Assembly (NCBI GenBank): GCA_964549135.1
Contig: CAZJUJ010000004.1
Span: 13,453 to 77,452, forward strand
Length of the DNA: 64,000 nucleotides
Direction of reading: 5' to 3'
Origin: an uncultured Oscillospiraceae bacterium
GTDB lineage: Bacteria > Bacillota > Clostridia > Christensenellales > Aristaeellaceae
Positions 44,914 through 56,848 of this stretch are shown one piece after another. Under the pieces are notes generated by a model. The model ran no database searches, was not told the DNA's origin, and saw only the letters and a list, made by a program, of their open reading frames with translations. A program made the translations under genes and the position numbers. Position 1 is the first letter of the stretch. Each line of letters starts with the position of its first letter.

Positions 44914-46727
44914 TCCTTTGTCCTCTCAAACCCGGTGGCGTCAAACACCAGCAGCTTCTTCTCTGCAGTTGCAGTAAAGTGGTACTGAATGGGGGAATAC
45001 CGGGCTTCGTCTCCGTTGCCAATCTCAATGGTGATCTGCATTCCCGGCTTCCAGGCGTATTTCCGGGCGGTTTCGCTCGTAAAGGCGGCGCTGAAGGTGG
45101 TTATTTCGCCTTCTTTCCCGCGCTCTGCCTTTTCAATCGTCCAATCCTCAAAGATCACCGGCTCGTCCGCATCCGGTATCGTCACGCTGACCTTCACGCT
45201 GGAATCAGCCGTCAGCACATTCGCAGGCACCGTAAGCGTTCCGCCGCTGAATCCTACCGTTCCATCCGGAATATCCGTCTGCCCGCCAAAGGCAGCGTCA
45301 ATAGGCGCGGCCAGGAACAGCGCTGCGCCATTGGGGTGAAGGATGCTCTGCACCCGCTGATCTTCCGCACCGCTATTTCCCATTTTTTCTTTCAGGGAAA
45401 ACATAAGCTCGCAATTCAGCAGCAGCGGCTCATATACCGGCGGCAGCTCCGTTTTGCGCTGCTGCCTGATTAGCTCGTTATATTTCTTTATGTCTTCCCG
45501 CTGGGTCTTGGTGGCTCCCTTGGGCGTTTCGGCATTCTGCACCGGGCCCAGGTATCTTTCATTCAGCGCTCGCTGCTCGTTTGCCAGGCTGTTCACATTA
45601 TCCAGCAGCGCTTCATAGGCGGCATTCAGATACTCCGTCCGCCCCGTACAGTCGTAAAGATCGATGTTGGTCTGGGCAATAAAGTAATGGGCAGACCAAT
45701 CGTCGTAATCGCTGTTGGCATTCATCAGCGAAATATAATGCGCCGCCGTCTTTGCGTAATCCGCCTTGCCAAGGGTCTCCTTCGCCGAAGAAACAGCCAG
45801 CGGCAGAATGCGGGCCAGATCGTAATCCTTCCGGAATATCCGGCAGTCCATTTCTTCATAGGCCTTTACGGCGCTCAGGCACTCGGCGTATTGCCCGTTT
45901 TCGTAATAGCTTTCTGCCAGTGTCAGCCAGTAGGTACCCAGCATCTGGTAGGTATCCCCATTCGATTCGAGAAAACGGATGCGCGCGGCAACGTTTGCGT
46001 TGTTCTTCCATGCCACAAATTCGTCCACCGCGTTTTCGCTCAGCGCCAATTCCCCGGGCAAGTCATAGTCGCTCACCACCCGCACCATGTAAATAAACGT
46101 GTCCTTCCGGCTTTCGTGAAGGGCCTCTGCCGCCTCATCATCCAGCGCCCAGCTGTCCTGCAAATATTCCAGCTCGCTTTGGGCATTCGTCCTTGCGTAG
46201 CTGACTGCAGAATCCGCGGTCATATAAACAATGGATGCCGCCAGGCTGGATAAGCTGAAGGAATGAACCGCACTCATCAGTCCCAGGGGATTGGGAAGCG
46301 CAGCCCGAAGGGATTGGCCCCGATTCTGCTCCAGAACATATTCCAGCCGTTCCCGCTTGACGGCAGCCATCCGATACCTTTCCAGCGTATCGAGAATGGA
46401 GGTCAGCTGCACCAGCGTCCGGCTGTCTACTGCATTTGGATAAGTATTATTGATCAAACGGGAATAGGACTGCTCCAAATAGAGCCGACTGTTTTTGGAG
46501 GCGTTTATCTCCTGCGTCAGCACCGCCAGATAATTCAGCATGGCAATGGAATTGCGCTGAATTGCGTCCAGCGAAAATTCGCCTGCGCCCTCCTTGGCGG
46601 GCGCCGCTGTCGGCGCTGCGGTCGGCTGGGAAAAGCCGGAGATATCCTGCGCAGCGCATCCGGTCAGCGCCGTCAGGGCAAGCATAACCATCAGCAGCAG
46701 CGCGCATCCTCTCGTACTCCGTTTCAT
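44910..46727 (-). CDS. Helical-repeat lipoprotein, function unknown
   Basis: Start at MKRSTRGCALLLMVMLALTALTGC (lipobox LTGC; GGAGG RBS 9 nt upstream). Confidence 0.6.
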   Translation of the reverse strand: MKRSTRGCALLLMVMLALTALTGCAAQDISGFSQPTAAPTAAPAKEGAGEFSLDAIQRNSIAMLNYLAVLTQEINASKNSRLYLEQSYSRLINNTYPNAVDSRTLVQLTSILDTLERYRMAAVKRERLEYVLEQNRGQSLRAALPNPLGLMSAVHSFSLSSLAASIVYMTADSAVSYARTNAQSELEYLQDSWALDDEAAEALHESRKDTFIYMVRVVSDYDLPGELALSENAVDEFVAWKNNANVAARIRFLESNGDTYQMLGTYWLTLAESYYENGQYAECLSAVKAYEEMDCRIFRKDYDLARILPLAVSSAKETLGKADYAKTAAHYISLMNANSDYDDWSAHYFIAQTNIDLYDCTGRTEYLNAAYEALLDNVNSLANEQRALNERYLGPVQNAETPKGATKTQREDIKKYNELIRQQRKTELPPVYEPLLLNCELMFSLKEKMGNSGAEDQRVQSILHPNGAALFLAAPIDAAFGGQTDIPDGTVGFSGGTLTVPANVLTADSSVKVSVTIPDADEPVIFEDWTIEKAERGKEGEITTFSAAFTSETARKYAWKPGMQITIEIGNGDEARYSPIQYHFTATAEKKLLVFDATGFERTKE

Positions 46728-47329
46728 CTGTATGTACCTCCGTCGGAAAAGCTTTGGAAGGAATCCATCAAACACGAGGGCAAAGTCCTTCTTCATCACA
46801 AGAACGATGTTTCCCCCTCTTTCAGGAGTCGGGGCCATACATGTTTGATCCAGATAACGCTTAATAGAACACGCGTTTCATCGTTCTTTTCATTGCATGC
46901 AGAGCCGTCAGCCCCTCTTATTGTACCATACAGCATTCCGCCTGGAATTAATTTCCCATTACATATTATTGCAGTTCTGTTAATTTATCCACCGCCGCAT
47001 TCAGCAGCCATTCATACTCGCTGATGATGCGGTTCATGCTCTCCAGAACCGCAGAAGATGTCGGCGGATCAAAGATCAGCTTCACCTTCATGCAGACATA
47101 GGTCTTCACCCCTTCAAGACACGCCTCTTGAGGGCCTGCAAAATCACGCCATGTTTGGCTTGCGTCTAACAGCCTTGAGAATGCTGTCCATTAGGAAATC
47201 TCCTTTTCTCCATAATCCAACAGGCGTTGGAACGCCGCAATTGCCCCCGCCCGCTGGTTTTGCGCGCTTGCCTTTTTGCTTCGTTCATGCTATACTCCTC
47301 AGGAGAACCCGCCCGAAAGGAGAAGCATC

Positions 47330-47611
47330 ATGACGCCCGCACCCGATTTACAGGAAGCCCTTACCAGAATCGCCGCCATGGAGGAATGCATGGACGCCGT
47401 GGAGGCCGCCCTGCGCCGCGAACAATCCCTGGCCGATCCCGCCATGGAGGATAAAATCCGCCATCTGACCGTCTACATGGAAAGCGGCCTGTGGCTCGCG
47501 GATTATGAAAGGGATGCGCGCGGCGAATTGCCCCCCGGCCTGAAGCGGGGCGTTTTATCCCAGGATGGGCTTTACAACCTGCTGGACGAAATCAGGCAGA
47601 CCCGCGGCTGA
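47330..47611 (+). CDS. DUF4298-like small protein
   Basis: ATG 47330 is 7 nt after AAGGAG. The GVLSQDGLYNLLDEI C-terminal pattern matches what I recall for DUF4298. Confidence 0.6.
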   Translation: MTPAPDLQEALTRIAAMEECMDAVEAALRREQSLADPAMEDKIRHLTVYMESGLWLADYERDARGELPPGLKRGVLSQDGLYNLLDEIRQTRG

Positions 47612-47639
47612 AGGCAGCGCTTTTTCTGCATTATACAAT

Positions 47640-47975
47640 TCTCTTCGGGAAGAAGATTTCTGGACACCCAAAGAATCCCGCACACGCAAGCGGGAGAACA
47701 TCGCAGGCGCGGGCTTTTGAGCCAGGCACATCTTCCCGCCCCTCCTGTAAACTGGCGCTTGCACGGCAACCCATGATCAGCTAAAGGCGCTGCGCCTCTT
47801 CCCGCGCCCGAAGGCTGGTTCCCGAGGTTTTGCAGAGAACATAACCCAACTGAATGCCAGCGCTGCAAAAAGAATAAACGGCAAGGAAAAACAACAATGC
47901 TCCCCAATCTGACGGGGAGCATTGCGTTATTTCTATTCTTTTCCTCTTTTGCTGCATCGGCGTTCAAACCAGACA
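47640..47975. repeat. Degenerate copy E of the modular intergenic repeat (decayed H/B, recognisable C-T-C')
   Basis: C-like AACTGAATGCCAGCGCTGCAAAAAG at 47848-47872. T hairpin AACAATGCTCCCC..GGGGAGCATTGCGTT at 47887-47934. C'-like CTTTTGCTGCATCGGCGTTCAAACC at 47946-47970. Confidence 0.55.
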
Positions 47976-48085
47976 GAGCAAAGGGCGAAGCAGTCCGGAT
48001 ATCCTTCCTTGAGAGCATGCAGCGGAGGCCCCTCTTTGTCTGCAAAGAATGGTTTCCCTGCAAAATCTGCCCTCATCTCACCGGC

Positions 48086-49453
<1,368 letters not shown>

Positions 49454-49490
49454 GGTTTTTATCCCCCTATGATAAGATGGCAGACGGCAA

Positions 49491-50666
49491 TCAGCCGCCA
49501 AAAAGGCTTCTGAAGAATGCGCCCACGCTGCCGGCGGCGCGTTCATTGGAAGCAGTATCGATAATCAGATCCAGCAGCCCCAGGGCGCTGGAATAGGCAG
49601 GGCTGGAGAGCTTCACCGCCTTGCGGGGCAATTCCCGCACGGGCTTATCCAGCTTGGCCGCCAGAAAATCGCGGCCGCCGCGGTTGATGGCCAGGCCGCC
49701 GCCCGTCAGATACACGGGCGACCAATTGCTCAGCTTCACGCCGGATTCCTTGATGGCATCCCGCACCGCCTCGCAGATTTCCTCCGCGCGGGGCTCCAGA
49801 ATTTCCTCCACCTTTTCCCGGGGGAAGCTCTTGGGATTGCCCTCCTTATCCGCGCCCTCAAAGGCGGCCTGTCCGGCGGAAAGGCCGTATACATAGGCGC
49901 GCTTGATCTGCTCGGCCACCGGCAGGGTAACCTCCAGGCCATAGGCCAGATCAGCCGCAATATGCCCGCCGCCCATGGGGATGGTTTTCAGATAGCTCAG
50001 GGCGTCGCCCTCCACCGCCATGACCTCGGTATTGAGATAGCCCATATCCACCAGAATGGCCGTGCGGTCGCGCTCCTCATCCGGCACGAAAAGCATCGCC
50101 TGCCCCGTGGGGGTCGAGAAGCAGCCGCTCACCGTAATGCCGATGCTGCGGAAGCGCTCCGTCACATCCTCCAGGAAAAACTGATCGGCAATCACAAAGG
50201 ATACCATGGCCCGCAGTTCATAGCCATGCATGCCCATGGGCTCCAGCGTTTTTTTGCCATCGTCCACGATGAACCAGGCTGGGCTGCGATGAATCACGCT
50301 GCCCCGCACCTCCCCCAGCTCATTGGTGGCGCGGGCAAACAATTCGTTGATATCCCGCTCCGTCACCCGGGGGTCTGCGCCCTGCAATTCCACCTTGACT
50401 TCCACCGTGCGCACCTGGGAAAAATCCCCCGGCACGCCCACGTTGATTTCCCTGATCCTTGTGTGGGATTGCTCCTCCGCCTCATGCACCGCATGGCTGA
50501 TGGCCTCATTGAGCGCATCGGGGGCGTTCCATCTCCCCTCCATATAGCCATCGTAGGTGGCGATGCCTGCCCCAATAATGTCACAGCGCTGCCGTCCGCT
50601 GGTTTCGGCGACCAGCGCCACAATCTTGCTCGTGCCAAAGTCCATTGCGGCCACTGTTGTTTTCAT
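49491..50666 (-). CDS. ftsA: Cell division protein FtsA
   Basis: Actin-fold motifs ([20 protein letters not shown]). Position upstream of ftsZ. Confidence 0.9.
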   Translation of the reverse strand: MKTTVAAMDFGTSKIVALVAETSGRQRCDIIGAGIATYDGYMEGRWNAPDALNEAISHAVHEAEEQSHTRIREINVGVPGDFSQVRTVEVKVELQGADPRVTERDINELFARATNELGEVRGSVIHRSPAWFIVDDGKKTLEPMGMHGYELRAMVSFVIADQFFLEDVTERFRSIGITVSGCFSTPTGQAMLFVPDEERDRTAILVDMGYLNTEVMAVEGDALSYLKTIPMGGGHIAADLAYGLEVTLPVAEQIKRAYVYGLSAGQAAFEGADKEGNPKSFPREKVEEILEPRAEEICEAVRDAIKESGVKLSNWSPVYLTGGGLAINRGGRDFLAAKLDKPVRELPRKAVKLSSPAYSSALGLLDLIIDTASNERAAGSVGAFFRSLFGG

Positions 50667-50855
50667 CCGTCCATCATCCCCTGTTCGTCAGGCTTTCCCG
50701 TCCCTTGACGGCATAGCCAGAAAAAGCCGAAAGCGCAATCATCCTATTCGGTCAGTTTATTGTAACAGTTTTGTGATAATTTGGCAAGTGAAAAACGAGG
50801 AAAAGCCGGGTTTTTTTGAAAGTTTTTTCGCAAATTCCATTCTTTTTTCCTTATT

Positions 50856-51653
50856 TTACAATTCTGCGGGGGTATAGGTGGCCACGGCCGGCACCGAGGC
50901 CTCGATCACGCCGCCGTATTTCCCCATTTCGCGCAGCTTGGCCACCACGGCGCGCACCGTGCCGATTTTGGCCCGGAGCTGCTCTGCATCCCCCAGATGG
51001 GCGGTATAGCCGTCGGTGGTGATCAGGTATAGGCTGTCCGAATCGGAAAGATTCAATTCAGATACCTGCCCGGAAAAGCCCTGCAGTTCAATTTCCTCCA
51101 TCAGCAGCCGGTACGCCTCCATCTGCTCCGCCGTTCCGGGCACAATCACGCTGCCGACTCTTACCTCCTTGGCCTGGAAGCCGGTCACATTGACCAATTC
51201 CCCCTCGGGCAGCGCCGTGCCCAGCCTTTCCAGCACCATGCCCTCGTCATCCAATAGATAGGTCACCCCCATCACCTGCACATTGGCCCGGGCCACCCGC
51301 TCCCGAACGTAAAGCACCACGCTGTCGGGAAATTCCTTTTCCATTTTTTCAAAGATCAGATAGCGATTGGCGTTGATCCCGGCGGCGATTTTCTCCTCAT
51401 CCAGGGAAAAATAGCTGACGCTGCCATCCAGCCCGGCAGCCAGCACCACCTCCTCCCAGGAAACGGCGGAATTGCCCATCACCGCAATGCGCCGGATTTT
51501 AAGCAGGCTTTCATTGAGCAGCACTGCCGCCGCGCACACAAGCAGCAGCGTCAGCATCACCGTGCGCACCCCCGCCCGTTTTCGGGGCGGAGGCGGCGGG
51601 CTGGGCGTATTTTCTTCCCGGAATGAATTTTCAGGCGGATACATCTGCGCCAT
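50856..51653 (-). CDS. ftsQ: Cell division protein FtsQ/DivIB
   Basis: Single TM helix followed by a POTRA-like segment (IRRIAVMGNSAVSWEEV). Confidence 0.75.
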   Translation of the reverse strand: MAQMYPPENSFREENTPSPPPPPRKRAGVRTVMLTLLLVCAAAVLLNESLLKIRRIAVMGNSAVSWEEVVLAAGLDGSVSYFSLDEEKIAAGINANRYLIFEKMEKEFPDSVVLYVRERVARANVQVMGVTYLLDDEGMVLERLGTALPEGELVNVTGFQAKEVRVGSVIVPGTAEQMEAYRLLMEEIELQGFSGQVSELNLSDSDSLYLITTDGYTAHLGDAEQLRAKIGTVRAVVAKLREMGKYGGVIEASVPAVATYTPAEL

Positions 51654-51665
51654 GCTGTGCCTCCC

Positions 51666-52922
51666 TTAAAGCGCAATGCGCTGTATTTTTGCTCCCAGAG
51701 CGGATAGGGTGTCTTCCAAATGGGCGTAGCCCCGGTCAATCAGCCCGATATTGCCGATGGTGGTCTCCCCCTGGGCGGCCACCCCTGCCAGCACCAGCGC
51801 CGCCCCGCCCCTTAAATCCCGGGCCTCCACGCGCATGCCATGCAGCCTTTCCACCCCCTGCACCACCGCCATCCGCCCGCTGGAGCGGATATTGGCGCCC
51901 ATGCGGCAAAGATCAGCCGCATGGCTCAGGCGATTTTCAAACACGTTTTCGATGATGACCGATGTGCCCTCGGCCAGGCAGCAGGCGGCAAGCAATTGGG
52001 CCTGCATATCGGTGGGAAAGCCGGGATGGGGCTGGGTCTGAAGCTGGGAAATGGCCTTGAGCCGGGGCGGGGCCTCCAGAATCATCCGCGTTCCCTTTTC
52101 CCAGATCCGGCAGCCCATTTCCCGCAGCTTATCCGTCACCGGCAATAAATCCCAGGGATGCACATGGCTCATTTCCAGCCTTCCGCCCGTCATGGCCCCG
52201 GCGCACATAAATGTGCCCGCGCAGATCCGATCGGGAATGGGCGAATAGGAAACGCCATGCAGCCTTTCCACGCCCTCGATTTCAATCAATTGCGAGCCCG
52301 CACCCCGGATTTTCCCGCCCATGCGGTTGATAAACCGCTGCAGATCCCCGATTTCCGGCTCTCTTGCCGCATTGTGGATGGTGGTCACCCCGGGCAGGAG
52401 CGCCGCCGCCATCATCACGTTTTCCGTAGCCCCCACGCTGGGATAATCAAAATAAACATCTCCCGCGTGCATTTTTTCCCCGTCGCAGTAAAATACGCCC
52501 CCGGCATCCACGATCCTCACCCCCAGGGCCCGCAGCCCCTTGAGATGCAGATCGATGGGCCTCAGCCCAATTTCGCAGCCCCCGGGATAGGTCACCGTGG
52601 CCCGGCGCATTTTGCCCAGAATGGGCCCCAGCAGAAAAATGGAGGAGCGGATCTGCTTGGATAAATCATCCGGCATTTCCCAGCCGTGCATCCGCCCGTT
52701 TCGGATCATCATGACGTCATCCTGCCGCAGGGCCTCGCAGCCCAGCTGCCTGAGGATTTCCGCCATGCTATGTACATCCAGAATATCCGGGCAATCCCGG
52801 ATGATCACATCCCCCTCCGGCAGGATCGATGCCGCCAGAATGGGCAGAACGGCATTCTTGGCCGCATCCACCCGGACGCTCCCCTCTATTCTTTCGCCGC
52901 CCAATACCCGGAATCCTTCCAC
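51666..52922 (-). CDS. murA: UDP-N-acetylglucosamine 1-carboxyvinyltransferase
   Basis: KNAVLPILAAS, active-site GGCEIGLRPIDLH, and HPGFPTDMQAQ. Confidence 0.9.
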   Translation of the reverse strand: MEGFRVLGGERIEGSVRVDAAKNAVLPILAASILPEGDVIIRDCPDILDVHSMAEILRQLGCEALRQDDVMMIRNGRMHGWEMPDDLSKQIRSSIFLLGPILGKMRRATVTYPGGCEIGLRPIDLHLKGLRALGVRIVDAGGVFYCDGEKMHAGDVYFDYPSVGATENVMMAAALLPGVTTIHNAAREPEIGDLQRFINRMGGKIRGAGSQLIEIEGVERLHGVSYSPIPDRICAGTFMCAGAMTGGRLEMSHVHPWDLLPVTDKLREMGCRIWEKGTRMILEAPPRLKAISQLQTQPHPGFPTDMQAQLLAACCLAEGTSVIIENVFENRLSHAADLCRMGANIRSSGRMAVVQGVERLHGMRVEARDLRGGAALVLAGVAAQGETTIGNIGLIDRGYAHLEDTLSALGAKIQRIAL

Positions 52923-52986
52923 AGGGCTTCACCTTCCTTCTTCTCCCACCCTATGCAGAAGAAAAAATCCGGTGCATGCTTTTTTC

Positions 52987-54141
52987 TCAGATCAGATTGC
53001 ATCTGCCGTATCGGCTGATATTCAGCACGATGCCCACCGCCGCCATGGTCAGGGAAAGGGAGGTTCCCCCCGCGCTGAAAAAGGGCAGCGGCAGCCCGGT
53101 GGTCGGCAGAATGCCCACCACCACGCCCATATTGATAAAGGCCTGCACGGCAATCAGCCCGATAATCCCGGCAGCCAGCAGGCAGCCAAAGGGCTCATCG
53201 CAGGCCATGGCGATGCGCAGCCCCGCCAGAAGAAAGGCAATGAAGAGGAAAATCACCGCCAGGCAGCCCGCCAGGCCAAAGTCCTCCCCCACGATGGCGA
53301 AAATAAAATCGCTTTCCGGATAGGGCAGATAGGCGTATTTCTGCCTGCCCTGGCCAAGGCCCATGCCAAAGAGCCCGCCAGAGCCAAAGGCAATCAGCGA
53401 TTGGGAAAGCTGATATCCCTCATCGCTCATTTTGGCAAAGGGATTCATAAAGGAAAGCAGCCTTTCCCGCCGGTATTCCTCGCTCCATGCATAATACGCC
53501 CCCACCGTCAGCCCGCCTGCCCCCAGGGCCAGCATATGCCCCCATTTTGCCCCGGCCAGCATCACCATCAGCACGCTGACAATGATGATCGTGCCCGCGG
53601 TGGAAAGATTGGGCTGCTCCAGAATCAGCAGAAACATCACCCCCGGCACTGCCAGCACCGGCAGAATGCCCCGAAACAGCCGCTCGATCTTTTTCCCGCG
53701 TGCCGTCAGCGTCATGGCCATAAAAAGCACCGCCGCATATTTGGCCATTTCCCCCGGCTGAAAGGAAAGGCCGCCAACGGAAAGCCAGCGGCGGGAGCCG
53801 TTAATGGATACGCCGATGCCGGGAATCACCACCAGAAGCAATAGCAGCAGGCTCAGCAGCACCCCGCCCATCACCACGCGCCGCCTCCGCCAGAAATGAT
53901 AGGGAATGCGGGAGGTGAAGGCCATGCATACGCCCCCCACCGCCGCACCAAAGAGCTGCTTTTTGACCTCGGATAAGGGATCGCCCCCGTCCTGGGCCTT
54001 GTAATAGGTGGCGCTGAAAAGGGTCACCAGGCCCAGCATCATGAGCAGCAGCATGATGATGAGCAAGGGCCGATCCACCGGCCGACGCCGGGAGCGGGAA
54101 TGCAGAGCGGGCGAAAGCATCGCGATTTCCTGCCTTTCCAT
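52987..54141 (-). CDS. ftsW: SEDS-family lipid II polymerase/flippase FtsW/SpoVE
   Basis: SEDS motifs (QPGEMAKY, ESDFIFAIVGEDFG, LPLPFFSAGGTS). The start is ambiguous (54180 TTG, 54141 or 54120). Confidence 0.85.
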   Translation of the reverse strand: MERQEIAMLSPALHSRSRRRPVDRPLLIIMLLLMMLGLVTLFSATYYKAQDGGDPLSEVKKQLFGAAVGGVCMAFTSRIPYHFWRRRRVVMGGVLLSLLLLLLVVIPGIGVSINGSRRWLSVGGLSFQPGEMAKYAAVLFMAMTLTARGKKIERLFRGILPVLAVPGVMFLLILEQPNLSTAGTIIIVSVLMVMLAGAKWGHMLALGAGGLTVGAYYAWSEEYRRERLLSFMNPFAKMSDEGYQLSQSLIAFGSGGLFGMGLGQGRQKYAYLPYPESDFIFAIVGEDFGLAGCLAVIFLFIAFLLAGLRIAMACDEPFGCLLAAGIIGLIAVQAFINMGVVVGILPTTGLPLPFFSAGGTSLSLTMAAVGIVLNISRYGRCNLI

Positions 54142-54299
54142 GCCTTGATATTTTCTCGCTTCCGTATCCTCAAAAGGCAAGGGGCGTGAGGAAATATCTT
54201 TCCTTCGCCCCTTCCGATAAACGCCGGCCCGGCCGGTTCTCGGCGCTGTGTATTCCGCCCGGGAAGCTGCTTCCCGCGGCTCCTTTGTATGCCCGCTTT

Positions 54300-55721
54300 T
54301 TACAATTGACGCACGATTTCCTTAAAGATTCTGCCCCGCTGCTCATAATCCGAAAACATGTCAAAGGAGGCGCAGGCCGGGGAAAGGAGTACGTTTCCGC
54401 CCTTTTCCATCAGCGCTCTGCAGCGCAGCACGGCGTCCTTCAGCGTCTTTTCCCGGTGAATCTGCCTGTATCCCGCATCCAAAAGCGCCCCCTCGATCTG
54501 ATCCGCCGTTTCGCCAATCAGCACGCAATGCTCAATCAGCGGGGTGGCCATGATCTCCGCCGCCAGCGGCGCAAAGGAAACATGCTTATCCGAGCCGCCC
54601 AGAATCAGCGCGGTAGGCAGACGCATGGATTGCACCGCCTTGATGGTGGAATCCACATTGGTGCCCTTGCTGTCGTTGATATAGCGGATGCCCCCGATTT
54701 CCCGCACGAATTCGATCCGATGCTCCACGCCCCGGAAGGTACGCAGGGCATGGCGGATCACCGGGGCGGGCACCCCCCGGGAAAAGGCAATCGCAGCGGC
54801 GGCCAGGGCGTTTTCCTGATTATGCGGGCCGGGAATATAGATTTCATCCATCCGGCAGATGATTTTTTCCTCATCGCCCAGACGAATCACCATCTGCCCA
54901 TCCCGGATAAACGCGCCCTGCTCCACCTCATGCAGCCGGGAAAAATACAATACCCGGGCCTTCAGCCCCTTTGCCATCTCCCGGCAATAGGCATCCTCAT
55001 AATTCAGCACGGCGTAATCGTTTTCGTTCTGCGCGTCAAAAATATGGCGCTTGAGCCCGGCATAAACCTCCATCGTGCCATGGCGCACCAGATGATCCTC
55101 CGTCACATTCAGCACCGCCGCCGTCAGGGGATGGAAGGTATCGGTGGTTTCCAGCTGGAAGGAGGAAACCTCCACCACCACCGCATCCTCGGGCCGGCTT
55201 TCCATGGCGGCGGCGGACAGAGGATAGCCGATATTGCCCGCCACATGGCTGATTTTCCCCGCCTGCTCAAAAATCGCGCCCAGCAGGGAAACGGTGGTGG
55301 TTTTGCCGTTGGTGCCTGTCACCGCCACCATGGTGCCCCGGGTCAGCCGGGAGGCAATCTCCAATTCCCCGGATACCGGAATGCCCATTTCCCTGGCGGC
55401 AAGCACGATGGGGGCGTTCAGGGGCACGCCGGGGCTGATGATCAGCATTTCCTTCCCCTTCAGCGCATCCAGCCCGTTTTCGCCCAGCCGGAATTCAATG
55501 GGCAGCCCCTGCAGCGGCGCCAGCTTTTCTCCAAAATCCGCCATGGGCTTGGCATCATTCACCGTCACCAGCGCCCCTTCCCGGCAAAGCAGCCGGGCCA
55601 GGGCAATGCCGCTTCGGGCCATGCCCACAATCAGCACGCGCCGCCCCTCCCAGGGATGATTGCTCTTCTCCTGCGGTTCGCTTTTTCTTCCGTTTGCGCC
55701 AAAGAAAACGGGTTCACGCAT
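54300..55721 (-). CDS. murD: UDP-N-acetylmuramoylalanine--D-glutamate ligase
   Basis: VLIVGMARSG, VTGTNGKTTT, and the Mur ligase central and C-terminal domains. Confidence 0.9.
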   Translation of the reverse strand: MREPVFFGANGRKSEPQEKSNHPWEGRRVLIVGMARSGIALARLLCREGALVTVNDAKPMADFGEKLAPLQGLPIEFRLGENGLDALKGKEMLIISPGVPLNAPIVLAAREMGIPVSGELEIASRLTRGTMVAVTGTNGKTTTVSLLGAIFEQAGKISHVAGNIGYPLSAAAMESRPEDAVVVEVSSFQLETTDTFHPLTAAVLNVTEDHLVRHGTMEVYAGLKRHIFDAQNENDYAVLNYEDAYCREMAKGLKARVLYFSRLHEVEQGAFIRDGQMVIRLGDEEKIICRMDEIYIPGPHNQENALAAAAIAFSRGVPAPVIRHALRTFRGVEHRIEFVREIGGIRYINDSKGTNVDSTIKAVQSMRLPTALILGGSDKHVSFAPLAAEIMATPLIEHCVLIGETADQIEGALLDAGYRQIHREKTLKDAVLRCRALMEKGGNVLLSPACASFDMFSDYEQRGRIFKEIVRQL

Positions 55722-55765
55722 GCCGGTTCACTCCTTTTTTATCGTCAGGTTTCTTTGCTCCGTCA

Positions 55766-56806
55766 TTAATAGAATGCATTCAGGGAAAGCACCGCGATCA
55801 GGGAAAGCGCCAGCGTCACCGCCGCATACATCAGCACGATCTGGTTTTCCTTCATGCCGGAAAGCTCAAAATGATGATGGATGGGGGTCATTTTGAAAAT
55901 GCGCCTACCCTGGCCGTATTTTTTCTTGGTGAATTTGAAATAGGCGGTCTGCAGCATCACGGAAACCGAACTCATGATGCAGGTAAAGCAGATGGGAATC
56001 AGCAGGAATTCCAGTTTCAGCAGCATCGCTGTTCCCACCATCACGCCGCCGATAAACATGCTGCCCGTATCCCCCATGAAGATCTTGGCGGGATGCCGGT
56101 TAAAGCGCAGAAAGCCGATGCACGCCCCCGCCAGCGCCAGGCAGGAAAAGGCGATGATATGGCTGTTGGCCGCGCTCTGGATGCTGCCCTTCGCCGCCAG
56201 GAAGGAGGCAATGACACCAAAGGCCCCCATGCCCACCACCGTAACCGAGGAAAGGATGCCGTCCACCCCGTCCTGCAGATTGGCGCTGTTGGTCATGAAC
56301 ATGACCAGCACCGTCATGATGGGGATATAGAAAACGCCCAGATTCCAGGTGTGATCCGTAAAGGGCAGCACCACATCGCTTCCTACCTTGAAATAGCAGT
56401 AGAGTGAAAAGGCCAGGCCCACAAACAATTGCCCGATCAGCTTCTGCCGGGGCTTCAGGCCCTCGTGATCCTTTTTCACATCCTTGATGTAATCATCGGC
56501 AAAGCCCACGGCCATAGAGCCCAGCGCCACAAAAAGCAGCGGCCACAGGGCGCTTTCAAAGCCGAAATTCCATTCCCTGCGCAGGCCGGTAATCAGCGCC
56601 ACCATCAGCAGGGAGGCAATCGCCGCCCCGGCAATCACAATGCCGCCCATATTGGGGGTGCCCTGCTTGGCCTTGTGGGCCTGGGGCCCCAGATCATAGA
56701 TGGTCTGGCCGAACTTGAGCTTTTTCAGATACGGAAGAAACCGGGGCATGATCATCAGCATCAGAGCAAGGGCAATGCCCACGGCGATCGCGCATTGTAC
56801 AAACAT
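55766..56806 (-). CDS. mraY: Phospho-N-acetylmuramoyl-pentapeptide transferase
   Basis: GTPNMGG, NSANLQDGVDG and HHHFE motifs. Confidence 0.95.
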   Translation of the reverse strand: MFVQCAIAVGIALALMLMIMPRFLPYLKKLKFGQTIYDLGPQAHKAKQGTPNMGGIVIAGAAIASLLMVALITGLRREWNFGFESALWPLLFVALGSMAVGFADDYIKDVKKDHEGLKPRQKLIGQLFVGLAFSLYCYFKVGSDVVLPFTDHTWNLGVFYIPIMTVLVMFMTNSANLQDGVDGILSSVTVVGMGAFGVIASFLAAKGSIQSAANSHIIAFSCLALAGACIGFLRFNRHPAKIFMGDTGSMFIGGVMVGTAMLLKLEFLLIPICFTCIMSSVSVMLQTAYFKFTKKKYGQGRRIFKMTPIHHHFELSGMKENQIVLMYAAVTLALSLIAVLSLNAFY

Positions 56807-56848
56807 GGTATCTCTCCCTCTTGCGTGGTTCGTTTTCCGTCTTGCCGC

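Larger units (their letters stand above)
40044..46950. mobile_element. Accessory island / phage-derived cassette (no integrase, portal, capsid or tail genes present)
   Basis: Contains a terminase large subunit, phage-type MKWGxRR-motif proteins and an AT-rich segment (about 43.2-44.95 kb) that contrasts with the ~60% GC flanks. Boundaries are approximate. Confidence 0.45.

Noticed and set aside
40044-46950. Intact prophage.
   Set aside because: Only a terminase large subunit and a few phage-type accessory proteins are present. There is no integrase, portal, capsid, tail or lysis gene and no tRNA or att-like direct repeat that I could find.
46976-47288. Three short minus-strand ORFs in different frames: a 40-aa basic peptide from ATG 47288 with a GAGGAG RBS, a 15-aa MDSILKAVRRKPNMA with an AAGGAG RBS, and a 41-aa MKVKLIFDPPTSSAVLESMNRIISEYEWLLNAAVDKLTELQ.
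   Set aside because: They are too short and show no family resemblance. They may be remnants of a frameshifted gene at the island border or genuine micro-ORFs, and sequence alone cannot decide which.
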